From Macrostomum lignano (lineage: Eukaryota), in contig NIVC01000277.1 of NCBI GenBank assembly GCA_002269645.1, forward strand, positions 62,001 through 126,000: a DNA stretch of 64,000 nt, given 5' to 3'. Both the position numbers and the translations under genes were made by a program. Numbering within the stretch: the first letter of the stretch is position 1; each line of letters starts with the position of its first letter. Below, one piece after another: positions 58,901 to 64,000 of the stretch. The notes below the pieces were generated by a model. The model did no database searches and was not told where the DNA came from. It worked only from the letters and a program-made list of their open reading frames with translations.

Positions 58901-60123
58901 TCAAGGCTTTCGGTGAAATTCTGATTACAAAGCTTATTTATGAGGAAGTTACTTTAATGCTGAGGCTCAAGGCTTATGGTGGAAATTGCCAACACGCCAA
59001 GACTCACTTATGGGTTAGGGTGACCATTAATTAAAGACTTGTTTAGATATAATCAAAGTTCATTGTGGAATCGCTCTGTTGACAAAGCTCATAAAGAAAT
59101 TGCTGAGTTATCAAGGCTTATAAGGGTATTGCTGAATTCTTGGGAAAAGGGAGTTGGGTTGTTGGTATGTCAAGGCTTACTGCGCTGGGAGAATTGCGTG
59201 ATGTCAAGGCTCGAGTTTAATTGCTGTGATGTCGAGGCTTAATGGGATAACTGCTGAGATGTCAAGGCTTACTGGGGGAATTGCTGAGATGTCAAGGCTT
59301 ACCGGGGGGCAATTGCTGAGATCTCAGAGCTTATGGGGGGAATTTCTGAGATCTCAAGGCTTACTAAGGGAATTGCTGATATGTCAAGGCTTACTGGGGA
59401 AATGCTGAGATGTCAAGTCTTACTGAGAATTGCTAAGATTTCAATGCTTACTGGGGGAAAGCTGAGATTTCAAGGCTTACTGGAGCAATTGCTGAGATCT
59501 CAAGGCTTACTGGGGGAATTGCTGATATGCCAAGGCTTACTGGGGAATTGCTGAGATGTTAAGGCTTACAGGGGAATTGCTGATATGTAAAGGCTCATGG
59601 ACGATGGCTGAATTTTGGGGGGGGGGGGTTACTAGGTTATTGGGCGATTGTCAGATAGTCAGGTAGTACGGCTCAAGTAGCTCATGTAATTCAGATAATG
59701 AAAAAAACACAGAAGTGATGCTGATTTCTGCTAATAGGAAATACCAGCGCATTTATTAAATGTTTGATTCTTTGATTTAGGCTAATAAACAGAGAGGGTC
59801 TAAGGCCGTCAGGGATTTGCATTTTGAGCTCCTGCTGCGGATCAGAATATGCCCCGGCCAGTGACGATATTCACTAAGAGTTTGTGCTTGAACGGATAAG
59901 CACTATTTGCTGATTGAGAAAGGGTTTTGGGCTGATGAAGGAAACTTTTTGGCTAATGAAAGTTCTGATTCATGGCAACTTATTTTTTCAAACGTGAGAA
60001 AAGGTAATTTTTGATTAATGAAAATAAACATTTTGGATAATTATAGTAAGGTTGCTGTTGTGCCAAAATAAAAACCAATTGGTGTCATTTTCAAGGCTCC
60101 CCAGAGGGGGGCTAAATGGCTAG
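55937..60123 (+). mobile_element. Composite non-autonomous Helitron-like element, copy C (longest copy)
   Basis: Its 5' part shares sequence with the 357-bp Helitron. The 3' end is a GC hairpin followed by TAAATGGCTAG|T. It contains a 22-bp array (57705-58320, about 28 copies) and a 30-bp array (about 59230-59600). Confidence 0.75.
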
Positions 60124-61129
60124 TCTCTCTTCTAAACGTTCTTCATTGAGCATCAGGGAGAAAAAAATGTGAGGGCTAATTTTTCCTTCGCTTGATAGCA
60201 GGGCGGATCTACACGGCACCGAAGGCAGTTTCCAGTAGTTCTTCAGCCCTAAAGCCATCAAAACAAGTGCAGATGATGCTTCCTGTTCGCTTACATGTAC
60301 GTTCCCATCGCCCTTATCGACAAAGCCAAGGAACCTGCCCTCGAAATCGCTCCATTCAACCAGGACTCCAGGGACATCTCGTCTGCTACAATGTTGCTGT
60401 AGTCAAGGGCTTGGCCATTGGCTGAGCTGCGGCGACGTGATAGTCGTTGAAATGCTTGGACACAGAATCCTGGAAGGCACAGCAAACTTGAGATCCATTT
60501 TCGTAAAGACGATGGATGCGGAAGCTGGAAAAACTTTCTCACGTATTTGTATGCCTTAGGACTGTAATAGTGCAACGTGGAAGCAAATCGCCGAACTTCA
60601 GGAGGAAATTTTTATCCTCTTGTTTTTGGTTGGCACTAGACAGCTCAATAATGAATGCAGAAACTGCAGACGGGATGCTGCAGCTTTGTCCACAATATTC
60701 TTTGCCTGCAGCACTTTCACAATTTTAGTCAGTGACTTCGGACTTCGACCGCGCCTTTAGTCGCTGGTGCTTCTTGTTCAGCGCCCTGAGCACAGCAATA
60801 GTTGCCACACTTTCTGGCGCTTTTCTCTTTTCTTGATACACTAGAAGCTGGCTGCATGGATAATTTTGCAAGGAAATATTTATTTTGCCTCCTTGGGGTT
60901 TTAAAACTCCTTATAATAAGTAAATTTCAAGCACTGGCCCGCTTCAAAAACTTGCACTTGCCCATTTTTTGTCCCACATATCGATCGAAGTTGAGGCTTT
61001 GGGGGAAGGACCATTTTTTGTGTTGCTTTTTTGTCCCAAAACGCGCCTGGGCAGGCCCCCGAGATTTGCAGTCTATATTCTATATGGTCTGTGGCTCCAC
61101 CATCTCCTTGGGGAAGATGGATGCTATGG

Positions 61130-61800
61130 GGAGGGTAAGAGGGTACGGAGAGCGTAGGGACAGGGAGTTTATAGAGGTCATGGGGGAAAGCATAGGGAGG
61201 GTATGGAGGGCAAGGGGAGGGTATAGAGGGCAAGGGGAGGGTATAGAGGGCAAGGGGAGGGTATAGAGGGCAAGGGGAGGGTATGGGGGGCAAGGTGAGG
61301 GTATGGAGGGCAAGGGGAGGGTATAGAGGCCATAGGAAGGGTAGGCAGGGCATGGGGGAAGGTATGGATGGCAAAGGGAGGGTATGGAGGGCAAGGTGAG
61401 AGTATGAAAGGCAAGGGGAGGGTATGGAGGACAAGGGGAAGATATGGATGGCAAAGGGAGGGTATAGAGGGCAAGGGGAGGGTATGGAGGGCAAGGGGAG
61501 GGTACGGGGGCAAGAGAGAGTACAGAGGGTAAGGGGAGGGTATGGAGGGCAAAAGAGAAAGTGTAGAGAGCAGGGGAGGGTATGGAGAGCATAGGGACAG
61601 GGAGGGTATAGAGGCTATAGGGAGGGTAGGGAAGGCATAGGGAGGTTATGGAGGGCAAATTTAAGGTATGGAGAGTGTAGAGAGGGTACAAATGGCAAGG
61701 GGAGGGTATGGAGGGCAAGGGTAGGGTATGGAGGAGGGCAAAATGGAGATTATAGAGGGTAACTGGGTAATGAGAGGGTATAGAGGGCATAGGGAGGGTA
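61130..61800. repeat. Purine-rich 21-bp minisatellite
   Basis: The unit GGGCAAGGGGAGGGTATAGAG degenerates to the right. Confidence 0.9.
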
Positions 61801-63358
61801 TGCAGTGCTGAGCTACTATGGGATAGGCTAGGCTATTATGAGCTAGGCAGGGCTACTATGGGATCGACTAGGCTACTATAGAATATGCTAAGCTACTGGG
61901 GGATAAGCTAATCTTCTATGAGATGCTAGGCTACTGATACTGTGAGAAAGGTTAGGCTATTATGGGAAAGGCTAAATAAGCTCAATTAAAATCTAAATGA
62001 TAAGCTAGTCTACTAAAGTATAGTCAAATAAAAAAGTGTGTAAATGAAAATTATAAAATCTAAATAATAATTTATAAAACAGAATTTTCATTCAAACAAA
62101 CCATAAAATAATAGCAATAGTTGTATAAGCCCTAGCTACAGTAGAATAGATAGCTACAAAATAGATAATAGCCAAGTCCATACTAGTTCACACTATATTA
62201 ATAATAAATGCAGAGCTACTTTCAAAATTTTGGTCTATACTAGGCTTAGTGCCTATCTGCTATAAATACTAGATCTTTAATAGTACAAACAGTATCATTT
62301 ATTGTAATAATAGCAATTAGCTAGTCATTAGGCCTACTGCAAACAAGGTAGCTATTGAAAAATATATTATTGAATGGAACTTTTTTTTACTTAAAAGATT
62401 AAGTCCAATAGGTCTATAAAACTAAAAGCCATATAACTTATATAAGCAAAATGTATACAACTGCTGGGCCTATCTGTATTAAATCAGTAATCACATTCAT
62501 AATTGTTCGTCTTAGACCTTGGAAAGCAATGATAAATAATATAGCATGCGGCATTCTTACACGTGCGCGCGCGCTTAAATCGCTACTAAACAATTTTAAA
62601 TTGACGCGACAACGAAAGAGCTTTCAACTCCCGTCGGTCCCATTCAAATATATTAGAGTCCGATTAGAAGGGACAGAAAACACGCCGAGATGACATGCGA
62701 CATGTCGTTTGTTTGATGCAATCGTATAAACAGGGTGTACCTTTTTCAATGATCTAATCGGTGCCATACGGGTGGCGTGCGCTCGCTAGAGACAAACATA
62801 AGCCGTGAACCACGGTACTCCAAAAGAAAGCTTCTTCGACTTATACTTTTATTTCCGATGATAGCCTTGAGGCTGCAACCATTGTTTAAGAAGACATAAC
62901 AAATATTAAAACGAATATAAAATTAAAAAGACAGGTAGCATGACGACACTAATATTAAAACGAAACTGTTAATATGATACTACCATTAAAACAACGCTAC
63001 TGGTAAAACGACACTATTATTAAAACGACACTACCATTAAAACAACGCTTCTATTAAAACGACACTATTATACCTTTTCAACTTCGGTTTCGTCAAAAGT
63101 GAGTTCAAGTTCGTCAGCGTATGCAAAACTATATGGCGCTCAAGGGGAAGAGAATGAGTGTCTATGGTAAATTTTTAGAGAAAGTGACTTCGAATTCGTC
63201 TAAGTAAGTGAAATTCGTCAGTGCAAATACAGCCTGATCAGAAAAATTTCTGCTTTGTCCATGGTAAGAAAAGAAGTTGTTTATGGTAAATTTAAGTAAA
63301 AAGTGAGTAAATTTCGTCTGTGGAAAAGTAGCCCAATTTCCTGAAATCTTTATTTTGA

Positions 63359-64000
63359 TGTAACCGCCCTTGTCGCCTGTCCGCTCCTATTAAGAGACGA
63401 ACGCTTGGCTAGAGGGGGCAATGACCGTAGGCTGCCTATGACCGGGCAATGACCTGACGGACCTCCAGCACCAGACTGTCCCGCCCACACGATTAGTAGC
63501 TTTGGTAGCGCTTCGTGACCAGAGGGCCAAGGACCCACATGGACCCCACCTGTAGCCAAGGTGCAATAGTTGGTCACTCGGTCATCGTATGACCGAGTGG
63601 CTGCCACCACTCTATGTGACCTGGCGCACCTGGATCTTTCTACCAGACCTCTCGAGGCTAGAGCCCCGCCTGGATTGGTTACCAGGGGATTTAGGCTAAC
63701 AGGGGAGACGCATGCAGCCGAGTACAGGGACTCTGCTTGGGGCATGATCGGGAACTCTGGGCTCAATCCTGGAGGATTTCTCAGCAGGGGATCCTTTGTG
63801 GCTGTGAGCGAGGCTGACTTGCGACTTTGATTACTAAGAGTAGTATGAGGCGAACATGTACTGTCTACAGTTTAGATTGCTCAGGGCGAAGGGACGCGTC
63901 AGCATGGGGTTGCAACCTTCCTACTGCCATTCTGTGCCAAGACTCGCTAATCCCTCTACTGCACGCACACGCGGCCCCGCAGCACGCACTCACAGGCGGG
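63359..64000. other. GC-richer non-coding segment starting TGTAAC; possible LTR running off the window
   Basis: There is an abrupt composition shift at a TG start. No partner LTR or TSD is visible. Confidence 0.25.

Larger units (their letters stand above)
54856..61093 (-). mobile_element. Second P-superfamily (THAP9-like) element, now 6238 bp including nested Helitrons
   Basis: It has a perfect 23-bp TIR CACAGACCATATAGAATATAGAC, a 7-bp TSD GCTCCAC (54849-54855, 61094-61100) and a subterminal IR TCGATCGATATGTGG. Transposase remnants are STLHYYSPKAY...LPHPSSLRKW...DEMSL...GFVD...ALVLMALG...WKLP (60190-60620) and a C-terminal HKLHLMKVMIFYIRIRIKKIGK (55119-55424). Confidence 0.9.

Noticed and set aside
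57819-61790. ORFs over minisatellites (also 15909-16352, 41452-42483, 45141-45358)
   Set aside because: The periodic translations arise from stop-free repeat units, with no splice or domain support.
13385-61800. Regular short repeats as CRISPR arrays
   Set aside because: All are head-to-tail tandem units without unique spacers, no cas genes are present, and the context is eukaryotic.
1-64000. Uni-strand (flamenco-like) antisense trap
   Set aside because: Element orientations are mixed: LINE, P1, Sola2, Gypsy, Tc1 and mariner are on plus; YR, RepHel, piggyBac, KDZ and P2 are on minus.

Overview
This is eukaryotic (invertebrate-type animal) DNA: AT-rich spacers, GC-rich coding blocks and GT-AG introns. 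It is almost entirely nested transposable elements, and I recognise no conserved host housekeeping gene, rRNA, true tRNA or CRISPR array. The species cannot be determined from the sequence; a repeat-rich invertebrate such as a flatworm is only a guess. From left to right: (1) An RTE-like LINE (APE-RT-zinc fingers, (GAA)n tail) is split by a 3.7-kb CCC-terminated CMC/EnSpm-like element that carries a BEN-domain exon. (2) The LINE itself sits in the 3' end of a decayed tyrosine-recombinase gene, which is also interrupted by a THAP P-type element with a 7-bp TSD. (3) A large Helitron field follows, with non-autonomous copies, head-to-tail arrays, internal minisatellites, two RepHel pseudogenes, a Penelope 3' fragment with a minimal hammerhead ribozyme, and a TTAA-inserted MITE. 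(4) A Sola2-like transposase pseudogene is followed by a very young Gypsy (Mag-like) element with apparently identical 248-bp LTRs. (5) Next come a Tc1-like deletion derivative and an unknown four-exon gene with a MADS/SRF-like stretch and a 10-aa repeat. (6) Then a nearly intact piggyBac, a mariner remnant and a multi-exon KDZ/Zisupton transposase pseudogene. (7) Finally, a second P-type element is stuffed with Helitrons. The best candidates for undescribed biology are the tyrosine-recombinase gene, the BEN-carrying CMC element, the spliced MADS-like orphan gene and the stacked Helitron 5' ends. All domain calls come from reading motifs by eye; no searches were run.
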